Virus record (IMG/VR): IMGVR_UViG_2718218017_000006
Coordinates: 18,956-82,955 of that record
Source of the DNA: a virus
Reading direction: 5' to 3' (one strand)
DNA: 64,000 nucleotides
Below are positions 1 through 11,102 of this stretch, one piece after another. Under the pieces are notes generated by a model, which ran no database searches, was not told where the DNA came from, and saw nothing but the letters and a program-made list of their open reading frames with translations. Both the position numbers and the translations under genes were made by a program. Every line of letters starts with the position of its first letter. Within the stretch, counting starts at the first letter, position 1.

Positions 1-53
1 AAAATGTTAATAAAATTATAGCATATTCTGCTAATAAGGGGAATTTATATACA

Positions 54-464
54 TTAATCTGCCTCAATAGCATCCGTTAATTCATAACCTTCAAATGTAA
101 AAGGACTTTCTTCCATTACTAAATCCCCAACCTTTAAATCAATAAGGTTAACTTCATCAGCCATACAGTTCAACAATCTTATACTCTCATATCCATATGC
201 TTCTGGATCTTCAAGTCCTACGATAAGTTCAAATCGCTTAAAATCTCTTTTTATCATATCTGATGTTACATGATATCCAGTAAAACTGCCGGTACCTTTT
301 TTAGTACCTCTCTTATACCTAGTCCACTCATCTCCAACTACATTTATTTCTTTTTTATCAAGTGCGACTTTTGCAGTACACTCACTTACATTTGTTTGTT
401 CAACTCCATCCATAAGTATTTTTCCATACCTACTATGAATAGTTCTACTTGAATCTAAAGGCAT
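54..464 (-). CDS. Phage tail tube protein (XkdM-like)
   Basis: Follows sheath; SRTIHSRYGK...KKGTGSFTGYHVTS...ESPFTFEGYE pattern. Confidence 0.85.
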   Translation of the reverse strand: MPLDSSRTIHSRYGKILMDGVEQTNVSECTAKVALDKKEINVVGDEWTRYKRGTKKGTGSFTGYHVTSDMIKRDFKRFELIVGLEDPEAYGYESIRLLNCMADEVNLIDLKVGDLVMEESPFTFEGYELTDAIEAD

Positions 465-474
465 ATTATCCCTC

Positions 475-1902
475 CTATCTTATATATCCTGTACCATAAA
501 TTCTTTTCATCACATTTATATATTTAGCATCCCATATCCAGAAGAACTCATCATTTTTAGCATTCGCTTGAAGTTCTTCATCTATTTCCACAGTAAAATC
601 GCTATCTATTAGACCAGAATCATTCAAAGTTTCAAAGTACTGTTTCAAAGCTGCCAATACAGCAACCTGTCCTGTTCTATCATTGCCTATCTTTCCTATA
701 TATTTCTGATTACCTGTAGAACTAGTATCTTCATCTACTGCATCTATAAATTTAATAGCTCTTAAATATCCTAAAGTTTCATTTTGATCTGTCCCATAAG
801 ACTTTAAGGTATTTACATCATCTTCTACTATAACTTCACCATTATCGTATCTTACAATCATAGTACCTGCTTGTAATGAACTTTTAATTTCCTCATCAGT
901 TAGGTTTTTAGTCACATTACTAAACACAGTTTTAGCATTACACAAGCTTTCTTTAAGACTTTGACCTTCTCCAAGGGCTGCTATATAACATGCTGTTTCT
1001 GCTGGAGTATATGTTATTCCATCCAATATTCCTCCAACTGCACCAATATAACAGAATCCCTCATAATTGAAACTTTGTGATTTAGCATTAGCCTCATTTA
1101 TTGTCTCATCTAACCCACCACCGGCATATGCTCTTATTTTCTTTCCATTCTTCCTGTTTTTCTCAACCCATGATTTAACACTTGTTTGAAGAGCTGAATC
1201 TATTATTCCATCCAATACGAATCCATTAAATTTTACACCTTCAAATGCTGCCATGGCATCAATATATTTATCATTTGTTATTGCTGCTGCACCATCATTA
1301 CCACCTGTTAATGGCTGATTTACTATACTTGTCAAAGTACTGTTGCCATCTGCAACTTTTTCAGCATTAATCCACAGATTCTCTTCATTGTTATTTATTG
1401 ATTCAACCATTTCCTGTATTGCTCCAGAAAGTGCTGTAAAAGAATATATTTGAGTCGTCTCATCATAGAGAATTATATCTTTTTTAGATGAATCTACAAT
1501 ATTATCTCTCACAGTAACGTTGAATTTTCTTGTAGTAGGATATTTCGTATTGATTTTTAATACATCTCCAGAAGGTTCAGCTGTATCTTTTAATGTTATT
1601 GTAGATACCTTTTCATTTCCATCCGCAAGTCTATACAAAAGGAGTTCTTTGGGCTGACCTAATAATACCAGTCTTCCAAGTCTGTATGCAGTATAGCTGG
1701 TATCATCTCCGAAACTTGCAATTAATTCTTTTTCAGATGTTATTGATATCACTACTCCAACCGGTCCCCAATTGGCTTTTACAGGCATTGCAATAATGCC
1801 TCTTTTGCCTTGCTGTATACGTGATAAAGCTATAGCTTTAAACCTATTATAAAATCCTGGCCTTATCGGTTTATCTGTCTCACTCCAATATCCAGATGCC
1901 AT
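475..1902 (-). CDS. Phage tail sheath protein
   Basis: RPGFYNRF, PVKANWGP, LTGGNDG motifs typical of XkdK-type sheaths. Confidence 0.9.
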   Translation of the reverse strand: MASGYWSETDKPIRPGFYNRFKAIALSRIQQGKRGIIAMPVKANWGPVGVVISITSEKELIASFGDDTSYTAYRLGRLVLLGQPKELLLYRLADGNEKVSTITLKDTAEPSGDVLKINTKYPTTRKFNVTVRDNIVDSSKKDIILYDETTQIYSFTALSGAIQEMVESINNNEENLWINAEKVADGNSTLTSIVNQPLTGGNDGAAAITNDKYIDAMAAFEGVKFNGFVLDGIIDSALQTSVKSWVEKNRKNGKKIRAYAGGGLDETINEANAKSQSFNYEGFCYIGAVGGILDGITYTPAETACYIAALGEGQSLKESLCNAKTVFSNVTKNLTDEEIKSSLQAGTMIVRYDNGEVIVEDDVNTLKSYGTDQNETLGYLRAIKFIDAVDEDTSSTGNQKYIGKIGNDRTGQVAVLAALKQYFETLNDSGLIDSDFTVEIDEELQANAKNDEFFWIWDAKYINVMKRIYGTGYIR

Positions 1903-1903
1903 A

Positions 1904-2215
1904 CTATTCTACCTTCTTTCCTAAGAATTTTTTAATTCTTTCTTTAAGCTCTGTTTTAGTCATCTTTGTTTTTTCACAATTAAATAAAGCACCTGAGACT
2001 ACTTCTCTCCTGTAACCAAGTGCCTTACAATTATTTATAAAATCTTGTATGTCATATACTTCTTCTTTTGATGCCAATTTTTCCTCTTGATTAGCCTTAA
2101 CTCCTTCTACTTCTGTAACTGTAGTTTCCTCCAAATCTTCTTTGATAGATAAATTCTCTGGTACTATCTTTTCATCAGTCGGAATGTATTCTTTCTGTAT
2201 TGTATTATCTTCCAA
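1904..2215 (-). CDS. Hypothetical phage tail-region protein
   Basis: ORF track; position between tail completion gene and sheath. Confidence 0.55.
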   Translation of the reverse strand: MEDNTIQKEYIPTDEKIVPENLSIKEDLEETTVTEVEGVKANQEEKLASKEEVYDIQDFINNCKALGYRREVVSGALFNCEKTKMTKTELKERIKKFLGKKVE

Positions 2216-2241
2216 ATCTATCCCTCCTTAATTAACCTACT

Positions 2242-3057
2242 TTATTTTCTCCTTCCATAAATTTTATTTATAGTTGGTGTATTTTTCTCTATCATCTTCC
2301 TCCTAAAAAAAGTAACAGTTAGCTGGCCTACACCTAACATATCTGCTTCCCTATCTTCACTAATACTTTCTACAGTAAGGTATCGCCTATCTAACAAATC
2401 CAAAGGTATTTTAAAATCATCAATAAGATTATGTTCTATATCATCTAATAATTTATTAACTTGATTTTTATTATTACTGACAATGTGGCATACAAAAGTT
2501 TTAGTCTCTTTTACAAGAGCGTAATTTTCTCTTTCCTTCTTTTGATTCTTTACCCTCCATAAAATAGAAGGCACTTGAAAATTCTTTTTCCAATTATTAA
2601 GATATACTGTATAGTCTGTAATAGTTTTTGTATAGTCATATAATGCATGAAGCCATGTATCGGTATTGACTTCATACTCCTCATGTAGAGCTATGACATT
2701 AAACCGAAGTCCTCTTGCTATGGCCTGCCATTCCACATCTGCAACATCCTGTCCTATGGTGCCATTAAAAATACAGGTAAAAGTTTCATTTGTTTTTGTA
2801 TCTTCTATTACCTGCATATTAAGAGCCTTGATTACTTTGTCCCCCAGTGAATCCAGATTTTTAAAGGTAGTTCTTTTCTCATATATCCATATTTCTATAG
2901 TTCTTTTGAATCCAACTACCTCTCCACTGTCGGTATCATTACCCTGGAGAACTACTGCATAAGGTTTCGGGGTATCTCTTGTTGGAACAGTGGGATCACA
3001 ACATTTTTTAAGTTCTGGAATACTGTCAGTAAGTTTTTTTCTTATTCCGTCACGCAT
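2242..3057 (-). CDS. Putative tail terminator/completion protein
   Basis: Synteny upstream of sheath; PYAVVLQG...IEIWIY pattern. Confidence 0.6.
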   Translation of the reverse strand: MRDGIRKKLTDSIPELKKCCDPTVPTRDTPKPYAVVLQGNDTDSGEVVGFKRTIEIWIYEKRTTFKNLDSLGDKVIKALNMQVIEDTKTNETFTCIFNGTIGQDVADVEWQAIARGLRFNVIALHEEYEVNTDTWLHALYDYTKTITDYTVYLNNWKKNFQVPSILWRVKNQKKERENYALVKETKTFVCHIVSNNKNQVNKLLDDIEHNLIDDFKIPLDLLDRRYLTVESISEDREADMLGVGQLTVTFFRRKMIEKNTPTINKIYGRRK

Positions 3058-3284
3058 TGCTTTTCTACCTTTGCCTTAGCTTTTATTTTTAAATGTTCTG
3101 CGTAAAATTCTACTTTCACCATAGGTATATTTCGTGCATCCATTGAAAAACTAACGCTTTTTACTTTTTTTGAATGATCAATTCCATCTATAATTATTTT
3201 CCCTAATAATTTATCAATGCCATATTCTATTTCTATATCAGCTAATTTTAATTCTTCTTCATTTTTAATCTGATTTTCACTCAT
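3042..3284 (-). CDS. Hypothetical phage protein
   Basis: ORF track, tightly packed in operon. Confidence 0.5.
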   Translation of the reverse strand: MSENQIKNEEELKLADIEIEYGIDKLLGKIIIDGIDHSKKVKSVSFSMDARNIPMVKVEFYAEHLKIKAKAKVEKQCVTE

Positions 3285-3304
3285 ATTATCAATCCCCCCA
3301 TAAT

Positions 3305-3730
3305 TTATTCACTCCAATATTCAATTATTTTATTTGCTATATTGTTCTTATTATTTTTAAGGGTATTCTCTAAAACAGGCATAGGTTTTATTCCCTTTAC
3401 GAGCTTAGCAAAATGTCTATTTCCATCTTCATCAACCCAACTTAATATTTTCTTATTTACAGGTACTATAGGCTTTCCTGCAGGTCCGTATATTCCGGTA
3501 CCTTCTTCCAGCCATCCCCCATATTCTTCACTTGGAATCAAAGACAAAGTATATTTTCTTCCTGAGCCTTCCACACCGCCTTTTATACCCCTTCTTGCAT
3601 CTCCACTTCTGTCTTTCCAGTAGGCGTTCGACTTGGCCTCATTAACCAGCATGGGTTTTATTTTGTTATCAAGCAGCCCATACATTCCATTTAGTTTATT
3701 TTCTATGAAATCATTAACTTTGAATCCCAT
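3305..3730 (-). CDS. HK97 gp10-like neck protein
   Basis: WKDRSGDARRGI, YGGWLEEGTG, VKGIKPMPVL motifs. Confidence 0.75.
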   Translation of the reverse strand: MGFKVNDFIENKLNGMYGLLDNKIKPMLVNEAKSNAYWKDRSGDARRGIKGGVEGSGRKYTLSLIPSEEYGGWLEEGTGIYGPAGKPIVPVNKKILSWVDEDGNRHFAKLVKGIKPMPVLENTLKNNKNNIANKIIEYWSE

Positions 3731-3743
3731 ATAACCACACCTT

Positions 3744-4136
3744 TTAATCTATACGTTCCAAATCACACTCATAACCGCAGATTGTATCATTAATTATTAT
3801 AGGATATGCGGCCTTTACCTCGAATTTATCACCATTACTTGTAAATTCAATAGATTGTTTAGGCGTAACATCCAATTCTGCATCCTTGTCAGCAATCATT
3901 TTGTATCTGCTTATATAAGAAGTTCCCTGGATTCCTGAATTTATATTGATATTTACTGAATTACTATTTGTCCCAATATAAATTAATACCGTTATGGTTT
4001 TCTCAATTGGTTCATCATCTACAAATGCACCATCAACCTCTTCGTTAATAGTCTTAGTATAAGTTATAACCGTTGGATTTACTGATATGGCCTTATTGAT
4101 TGCATTTATAATTTTATTTGGATTTATTTTTGGCAT
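3744..4136 (-). CDS. Putative head-closure protein
   Basis: Synteny after connector. Confidence 0.55.
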   Translation of the reverse strand: MPKINPNKIINAINKAISVNPTVITYTKTINEEVDGAFVDDEPIEKTITVLIYIGTNSNSVNININSGIQGTSYISRYKMIADKDAELDVTPKQSIEFTSNGDKFEVKAAYPIIINDTICGYECDLERID

Positions 4137-4456
4137 TATGCACCATCACTTCTTCTCATGGAAGTTTTATAGCCTCTTACTATAGTTGGATTTAATGCAG
4201 CCTGTTCTGATAAATAATCAGCTTGATATATGGAAGCTAGATTATTCCAATAGTCAGGATCGGCATTTTCTATTGTTACAGGTCCCACCACTATTTTACT
4301 TTCCATATTTGCTTTCATTAAACAACCTCTCCAGCTGGCCTTAAGGACATTATTGTCATTTACTTCAAGTAAATTCTCCAATTCTTCATCTGAAAACACT
4401 GGGTACTGACTTTCATTAAGATTTACTTTCAATATTTCTAAAGGAGTAAAAGCCAT
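4136..4456 (-). CDS. Putative head-tail connector protein
   Basis: FSDEELENLLE motif, position after capsid genes. Confidence 0.6.
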   Translation of the reverse strand: MAFTPLEILKVNLNESQYPVFSDEELENLLEVNDNNVLKASWRGCLMKANMESKIVVGPVTIENADPDYWNNLASIYQADYLSEQAALNPTIVRGYKTSMRRSDGA

Positions 4457-4458
4457 AA

Positions 4459-4683
4459 TTATTCACCTGCCTCTGTACCTGCCTTTTCCCCTTCTCTATT
4501 AGGTGGAGTAGATGGAGGAGTTTCAGCTTCTTTTGGGATTTCTATATCTGCATATTTACTTAATTCTTCTATGTCTTTTTCATTGACTTTGAATTTTTCT
4601 CCTGTCTTCATGAATGCTCCATTATACTTAATATGTTGTCTTGCTATTGCATTATATTTTTTTGTTGCCATGAATTTATTCAC
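4459..4683 (-). CDS. Small head-region protein
   Basis: HIKYNG...GEKFKV, directly after major capsid gene. Confidence 0.5.
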   Translation of the reverse strand: MNKFMATKKYNAIARQHIKYNGAFMKTGEKFKVNEKDIEELSKYADIEIPKEAETPPSTPPNREGEKAGTEAGE

Positions 4684-4727
4684 TCCTTATAACATTAAAT
4701 TAAAAAGTAGCCATAATTAAATGACTA

Positions 4728-5786
4728 CTAAGCAACAGTACCAAAGAACACTTCATCTGCTCTATCAAACGAAACAATAGGCATTACCGACACCTTGGTA
4801 TCTACAGTTACTGGATCCCACTTAGTATTTGTAGTAACTGCTATACCTGGTTCTATTATTGTTGTATCTAATTTCCCACTGCCATGTGTTAAATCAAACT
4901 CTTCAGGAGTTGTACCATAAACAGTATCTCCTAAAGTTGCTCCACTCATTAATGTTATCTTATAATTCTCATAATAGGGTACTGGGTCTGCTCCTTCATA
5001 TGGATAATATGTTGTGTCTTCTAAGAATACGATAATCAAATTCATTCTTTCTTTAGCATATTGTAAATAATCTGATTGAGATAATATTCTTAATGTATTT
5101 AAATTGCTATTTCTTATGTCATTTGTAATTGCAGTATTAATTAAAAATGTTTCATCAAAAGTTTTCTCTGTCATAAGCATAATATTAGGCTTTGGACAAT
5201 TATCATCTGTTATTATCTTTTGAAAATTTTTAACGTCTCCAACTATATCGGCAGCAGGATTCGTCCATTTATCATCAGCAGTAAGTATAGTTCTGTGATT
5301 TTCTGGCACACCATACTCGACAGCAACATTTCCGTCCTTAGGATCACTAGAATAAATAATTTTCCCTGTTTGAATTACTTGTGCTCTCATTTTTTTAGCA
5401 ATTATTCCTGCACCTTTTATAAGATTTGCTTGCCCATCAAAAACTTGATCTAAAACTGCATTAACAATATTTTCATTATTACAATTCATAGCATTTATAA
5501 CTTCTCTTCTTGTGGTTTCATCTATTCCAACAGCTTCTTTAAAAAATGGAATCTCGGTTGTTGAAACTTCTACCTTAGCATTTAACGATCTCATTTTAGC
5601 AGCTACATCAAAAGTCGATTGCCTTAATGCTACAGCTTTCTTTTTAGCACCTTTTGCGTGTTCTAATTTAGTTCCTAATACTTTCTTATTAGGAAACAAT
5701 GTCTGGTCTATAGTATCTTCCACTGGTAATTCCTTAATATATAAGGCGATATTTTTTGAATTTATATAATCCTGTAATTTAGGCAT
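4728..5786 (-). CDS. Major capsid protein (capsid E family)
   Basis: 352 aa; LFPNKK, PFFKEA, KWTNPAADIVGD motifs; follows decoration and scaffold genes. Confidence 0.85.
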   Translation of the reverse strand: MPKLQDYINSKNIALYIKELPVEDTIDQTLFPNKKVLGTKLEHAKGAKKKAVALRQSTFDVAAKMRSLNAKVEVSTTEIPFFKEAVGIDETTRREVINAMNCNNENIVNAVLDQVFDGQANLIKGAGIIAKKMRAQVIQTGKIIYSSDPKDGNVAVEYGVPENHRTILTADDKWTNPAADIVGDVKNFQKIITDDNCPKPNIMLMTEKTFDETFLINTAITNDIRNSNLNTLRILSQSDYLQYAKERMNLIIVFLEDTTYYPYEGADPVPYYENYKITLMSGATLGDTVYGTTPEEFDLTHGSGKLDTTIIEPGIAVTTNTKWDPVTVDTKVSVMPIVSFDRADEVFFGTVA

Positions 5787-5798
5787 TTTTGTTCCTCC

Positions 5799-6185
5799 TT
5801 ATGCTCCAAATATTATTTGTTTTAACGCAGCCTTTTCTACTTCTGCATTATCTTCATTAAATTTAATTTCTGATTCGTATAAAACTCCATGTACCAGAAC
5901 CGGTACAATTTCTGTAGCATTGTTAGGATTAGAATCAACTGACATAGAATCTTTAAAACTTACATCTTGATAAACGACACCATAGGCATCTGTTGTACTT
6001 TCGGTTGTTGTTACTGGTTTTCCTTCCTTTGTTAATAATGTTCCAGCTTCTAACACTTCATCCGAATTTATTGCTGTTAATACATCTGCTTTCTTTACAT
6101 TAATAGGTAACGATATAAAATGGTCACCAGCTATTAATCTTAATTTCTTTTGGCCGCCTATAACCTCATACGAACTTTGATGCAT
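5799..6185 (-). CDS. Putative head decoration protein
   Basis: LEAGTLL...AYGVVYQDV...VLVHG, between scaffold and capsid genes. Confidence 0.65.
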   Translation of the reverse strand: MHQSSYEVIGGQKKLRLIAGDHFISLPINVKKADVLTAINSDEVLEAGTLLTKEGKPVTTTESTTDAYGVVYQDVSFKDSMSVDSNPNNATEIVPVLVHGVLYESEIKFNEDNAEVEKAALKQIIFGA

Positions 6186-6208
6186 TTTGCATTCCTCCTT
6201 AATAAAAA

Positions 6209-6823
6209 TTATTTTTTAGCAAAATCCAAAATATTTTTGGACTTACTAGCTTCTGCACGTTGCTTTCCAAGTTTTGTTGCTATATTTTCATCACTTGGTG
6301 TAGGATTTGATTCTGAACCGCCTGAGTTAAAAGTACCTGTACCCTTAATCTCTTTTTCAAATAGATAGTCATCAGATTTCTTGATTGCATCAACCTGCTC
6401 CTTAAGACCGATAAAATTACCATTGTCATCAAGGGTCAACTTGTCTAAGTCTAGTAATCCTTTCAGAACTTTAGAGTTTTTAGCCCCTATAGTAGCTAAT
6501 TTAGATTCAAGAGCAATATTGAACATCTGTTTCTTATACTCTGCCTCCTGTTTGCCCAAATCTTCTTTGTTTTTGCTCTGCAGGTCAGTGAGTTTAGTTT
6601 TTAAATCCTCATTGTCTTTAGCAAGTGGCTCCAAGTCTTTAATCTGCTTGTCTCTATCAGATACACCTTTTTTATAATCATCACGCTCCTTTTTCGTTTG
6701 ATTATATGTCTCCTTAGAAATATAATCAGAACTATCTACCAAATCTATGTCTTTGTATTTTTTCTGGAGATCTTCTGGTATTTGTGTAAATGAATCTCCT
6801 AATATTTCACTTAATTTTGGCAT
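6209..6823 (-). CDS. Phage scaffolding protein
   Basis: Coiled coil, GAKNSKVLKGLLD, QVDAIKKSDDYLF. Confidence 0.85.
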   Translation of the reverse strand: MPKLSEILGDSFTQIPEDLQKKYKDIDLVDSSDYISKETYNQTKKERDDYKKGVSDRDKQIKDLEPLAKDNEDLKTKLTDLQSKNKEDLGKQEAEYKKQMFNIALESKLATIGAKNSKVLKGLLDLDKLTLDDNGNFIGLKEQVDAIKKSDDYLFEKEIKGTGTFNSGGSESNPTPSDENIATKLGKQRAEASKSKNILDFAKK

Positions 6824-7246
6824 TATTTTAATCCTCCTTGTTTTTTTCTATTAAATGATTGACTTTATCCCTTCAAACTTTCCACTTAATTTTTAGTAAA
6901 TCAAACTTCAATTTATACAGTTCAGCAACTATATTTAAGTACTCAATTGGCTTTATGTCCTCATTATCCAGATATTCATCTGCCAATGATTTTAAATATG
7001 CTAGGTTTTCTATTTGTTGATCTAACTCGGTATTTATTTTATCTGCATCCACTAATTTTGTACCTCCTCATTTTGCAAGATGAAAAAAGGCCCTATTCTT
7101 TTAAGCCCTGAATTATTACTATATCTTAATTTTTTTCTTCCAAACGCAGATACACTTTCCTAAAATATTTATTTGTATCCAAGACTCTGCATACTTTAAT
7201 CCATTTTCTTCGTATTTTGTGATGTAGTGATGCATCCTTTTTCCTC

Positions 7247-7663
7247 CTATCTTTTCATATCTTGAAGTGTCTTTCTAAATTCTGTAGTAAATTTATTAAT
7301 AGCTCTATCGACTAAATCATCTACTAAGATATCATCATCTATATTTGCATCAATACCTATAGTATTCTGAGTTAACTTTTCATTGAATACTCTTGGGTTA
7401 TCTTTTACAAGTGCATAAATAGCAGTTTCTAAATCATAAATTTGTTTATGCTCTAATCCTATATTGTAAACAAAATTAATTTGATGAAGAACTTCATGTA
7501 TAAATGTAGTTTCCTTATACTGATGTGATGCACTTTTATCTATCTGTATTTCTTGTGAATTCCCACAGCTTCTTCCTGAACTTGAACCATCTCTCATAAG
7601 ATTATCAATTAAAGCTACTGAAAAAATCATGCCACCAATTTTAATTTTATCGGGTATATTCAA
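7247..7663 (-). CDS. Small HEXXH-motif phage protein (likely TTG start, MNIPDKIKIGG)
   Basis: TFIHEVLHQI motif; RBS upstream of TTG at 7663. Confidence 0.6.
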   Translation of the reverse strand: MNIPDKIKIGGMIFSVALIDNLMRDGSSSGRSCGNSQEIQIDKSASHQYKETTFIHEVLHQINFVYNIGLEHKQIYDLETAIYALVKDNPRVFNEKLTQNTIGIDANIDDDILVDDLVDRAINKFTTEFRKTLQDMKR

Positions 7664-7728
7664 CACAATCCCTCCCTTAATTTTGAGCATAATAAAAGCA
7701 CTCACTATTTTCACTTAGTAAGTGCTTC

Positions 7729-7878
7729 TTACTCGTTTACTTTATTAGACTCTAATTCTTTCATAAAAGTTTTATATTCATTTTTTACCCACTGTGGAGA
7801 ATCTTCTTTTATTTTTAGGCCCTCATCATCATAATAAACATATTCAGTACTCATAAACTTAGGTTCTGGTAGTTCCAT
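7729..7878 (-). CDS. 49-aa protein, candidate immunity partner of MuF toxin domain (absent from ORF track)
   Basis: Manual translation MELPEPKFMSTEYVYYDDEGLKIKEDSPQWVKNEYKTFMKELESNKVNE with GGGGTG RBS. Confidence 0.65.
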   Translation of the reverse strand: MELPEPKFMSTEYVYYDDEGLKIKEDSPQWVKNEYKTFMKELESNKVNE

Positions 7879-7883
7879 ATCTA

Positions 7884-9602
7884 TCACCCCTTATTAATAT
7901 GCTTTTTTAGTTTTTGCTCAACTATTTCTCCAAATACTTGAGCAAATTCTCTCGGAGTATCTCCTCCAAAATATTCTGCAAATGTTTCTGCAAATGCTTC
8001 TGCTGGATTTGTTCCTCCATATCTGCTTACCAGTTCAGATATATCTTTAAAACTATACGTATTATCATATTTTTTATTATACTCTAATAATACATCATTT
8101 ATAAAATTTTTGCACCAATTATCACTATCTAATTCATTATTTTCAAACCATTTAAGCGAATCTGCTACATGATGTCCATATTCATGTATAAATGTTTTAT
8201 AACTTTTTGCGTTTGGTATTGTCCATTTGCTTTTAATACATTGTTTAATATATTGCGTATTATAATCCTGATCACAAAAGTATTCACCATTTAGTACAAG
8301 TTCAACTGCTTCTGGATGCTCAGGATAATACCTATAGTATCCTACTGGGGTAATATTAGCTTTTATCTTTATACTAGGTAATTTTACTGGATCTACTTCT
8401 TTAAATCCTTTAAAATAATTATGGAATTTATCTAACCAATTAATTGAAGACTGTAATAATTCTTTATCTATAGGATACTTTCTACTATCAGAGAATTTTA
8501 TATCATAACTCTCTTTTAGATGATCACTTATTTCCTTTTTGTTCTTATATTGAGTATTTATATCTTTTACAGTGCTCCATTTTTGTTCCTTATCCATATT
8601 GACTATTTTATTATCGGCATCATAATTAATTTTAGTTTGAATTTCATCTGGAACGCTAACCTTAATAGAAGTTTTACTATCTCCTTCTTTAACCCATTCA
8701 TCTATATTGGATTTAATTTGAGAATTAACTTTATTTTTACTCCAATCTTTCATAGTCTCAATACATTTTCCAAACTCTTCAATTACTTCTGTCATGTAAC
8801 ATAGACAATTTGGATGCTGGAGTGGTAGATCTTCAGGTTTAAATACCTTGCCATTATACTCGTCACATATATCCATCCTGCCATGCATTCTAGCTGAGTG
8901 GCTTGCACTTAAATTCCACTTAAGCCCTTTACAGAATGGATTTTTCTTTGCATTTTGGATTAAGGTTTCTGTTTGTGCATGAGTTATACTGGTCCTTGCT
9001 AACCTTCTAGCTTGATATGATATATTGTCCCCACCTAGTCCATCAGCAAAAGTCTTAGGCGTAATGCGATTCTTAGGGTTAACATATTTCTCTAGTTCTG
9101 CAGCAAGTTTTTTAACATTGGCACCTTTGGCTATATTGGCTTTTATAATCATGTCAACCTTACTGCCATTGTCACCAGTTATATTCCATAATCTTCTACT
9201 TAATGTCTTACCATCTTTATAATAATTCCCTGCTATAAGCTGCCTTACAGTATCACTTGACACCTTGGTTATAGTCCTCTTTAAAGCTTTGTTTGTGGCT
9301 TCATCAGGCGAAATCATGTCTACAAAGCTAAGCTGTACGCCTTTTTGTATGTCAGAACTTTTTCGGATATTATTTTCAATTGTTTTACTGAGCTTATAAT
9401 AAAGCTCTGCCCTATACTCATTGATTATTTTATATTGTTCTATCTTATGATTTCTAGTTCTGGAATCTGGCATACTTAAGATTTCATCTATAAGTTTATC
9501 CCCGGCATTTTTATAAATATTAAAAAGTTCTTTTTCCTGCTGAAAATTCAGGGCAATAAATTCTTTTCTTGCCTGAAGAACTCTTTTTTCATATTCATTC
9601 AT
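7884..9602 (-). CDS. MuF/SPP1 gp7-type minor head protein with C-terminal zincin-like peptidase domain
   Basis: ARRLARTSITHA and PLQHPNCLCY (MuF); C-terminal FIHEYGHH and AEAFAETFAEYF. Confidence 0.85.
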   Translation of the reverse strand: MNEYEKRVLQARKEFIALNFQQEKELFNIYKNAGDKLIDEILSMPDSRTRNHKIEQYKIINEYRAELYYKLSKTIENNIRKSSDIQKGVQLSFVDMISPDEATNKALKRTITKVSSDTVRQLIAGNYYKDGKTLSRRLWNITGDNGSKVDMIIKANIAKGANVKKLAAELEKYVNPKNRITPKTFADGLGGDNISYQARRLARTSITHAQTETLIQNAKKNPFCKGLKWNLSASHSARMHGRMDICDEYNGKVFKPEDLPLQHPNCLCYMTEVIEEFGKCIETMKDWSKNKVNSQIKSNIDEWVKEGDSKTSIKVSVPDEIQTKINYDADNKIVNMDKEQKWSTVKDINTQYKNKKEISDHLKESYDIKFSDSRKYPIDKELLQSSINWLDKFHNYFKGFKEVDPVKLPSIKIKANITPVGYYRYYPEHPEAVELVLNGEYFCDQDYNTQYIKQCIKSKWTIPNAKSYKTFIHEYGHHVADSLKWFENNELDSDNWCKNFINDVLLEYNKKYDNTYSFKDISELVSRYGGTNPAEAFAETFAEYFGGDTPREFAQVFGEIVEQKLKKHINKG

Positions 9603-9604
9603 AA

Positions 9605-11102
9605 CTATTCACCAGTGTTTAAATTATTATCAACATTATTATTCAATTCACTATTCAATCCTTCAGTAAATGAATCCTCTGCATTACTCAATTGTGTTTT
9701 CTCCTCAAGTATTTCATTGAAAGCTTTTTCGTCGTCTTCCTCATCACTAAACTCTTTAATGTATGATTTCCTCGACCTCACATCAGCTTCGACTTCCAAA
9801 ATCGCAGTTTTCTTCTTTTCATCATCATCAGAAGGGAGAGGGTAATTATGCTTGAAGATGGTTGTATACTTTATACTCAACCATTCAGAGTTAAATATAC
9901 CTTTATAGCATACTGGAGCCACTTCAATAATAAAATTGATTAATGCCAACAAAGGCCTTTCCCAGTCATTCCACTTTTCCTCACACCTAGCTATCAAATC
10001 ATTGTAAAGATAAATCATGGCTTTAGCAGAGGGGATATTATTCAAGTCTGATAATTTAGGCATATCCAGTGCAAAATTCATATCCCTTTCTGTCCTGTCC
10101 AGGTAAGCTTCTATTGCATCAGAATTTCCTATATTGTATTCCATTCTTTGAACTGCAGCTTGTCCCCCATTTTCTACAAGTTCATCTCTGGTTTTTACTG
10201 CATGTAGTGCATTAGGAGCTATAGTGAATTTATTTACATCATCTTCATTACCATCAATCACAACCTCTGAACCAAATAACTGAAACCTCAACGCATCTGC
10301 AAAATCCGATATTCTCCTGTTATATTGGTTTTGAGCATCTTCCAGTTCAGTAACATCAGATTCACCAAAAGAATCATTAAGTTCCCCACCATTTTTAATA
10401 AGCCAGCAGGGTATAGCAGTAAATCCAGTGTCTATATCTATCGTAAGTTCTTCCTGCAGGTCTGTATTTTTATAGGTTTCTTTCTTATACCACGCCTGCC
10501 TTTCTTTTGAATTTTCATTGACTTTATAGTAATAGGTGTGAAGGTAGTAAATCTTATCTGCATCAGCTTCCCTGTATACATTAAGTTCATCCTCTTCAAA
10601 GAACACAACCTTTAATAAAACTCCATTCTTTTCTTTATAGTAAAAATTTTCTATAGTCTCATACTTAAGTACTAAAGGTTGTCCTGGATTAGCTTCTACT
10701 CTAAGCAGTACCCTCTTTTTTACCGTGGATTCTAAAAAAGCCTTTCTTGTATTATTCCAGAAGTTATTATTTTCAAAAATATCCTCTACAAATTTTCTTA
10801 AATCCTCACATTTATCCTTATCTTTAAAATCATCTGGTTTAAATATTAGGGTAGGTTCCTTCCCAAACATCCACCTTGCCTGTTTCCTAAGAAGAGGCTT
10901 TACCTTATTTCTTATATCTTGAGTAGGTTTATAATCGCAATTATCATCTGTCGGCCAGTTTTGGCCATATAATATGGGATCATTTTTAGCTCTCTCTGGA
11001 TCTGCGGATTTCCCTTTATAAAAGATATAATCTCTTCTTACTTTTCTTTCTCCTTTTAATTGTAAATCCTGTAAGTTTTAATGTTGCTGTTTTTATATTC
11101 AC
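9605..11102 (-). CDS. Portal protein (SPP1-type), one frameshift near the 5' end
   Basis: ORF 9605..10870; its frame stays open upstream to about 11070; GTG start at 11102 is in another frame. Confidence 0.8.
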
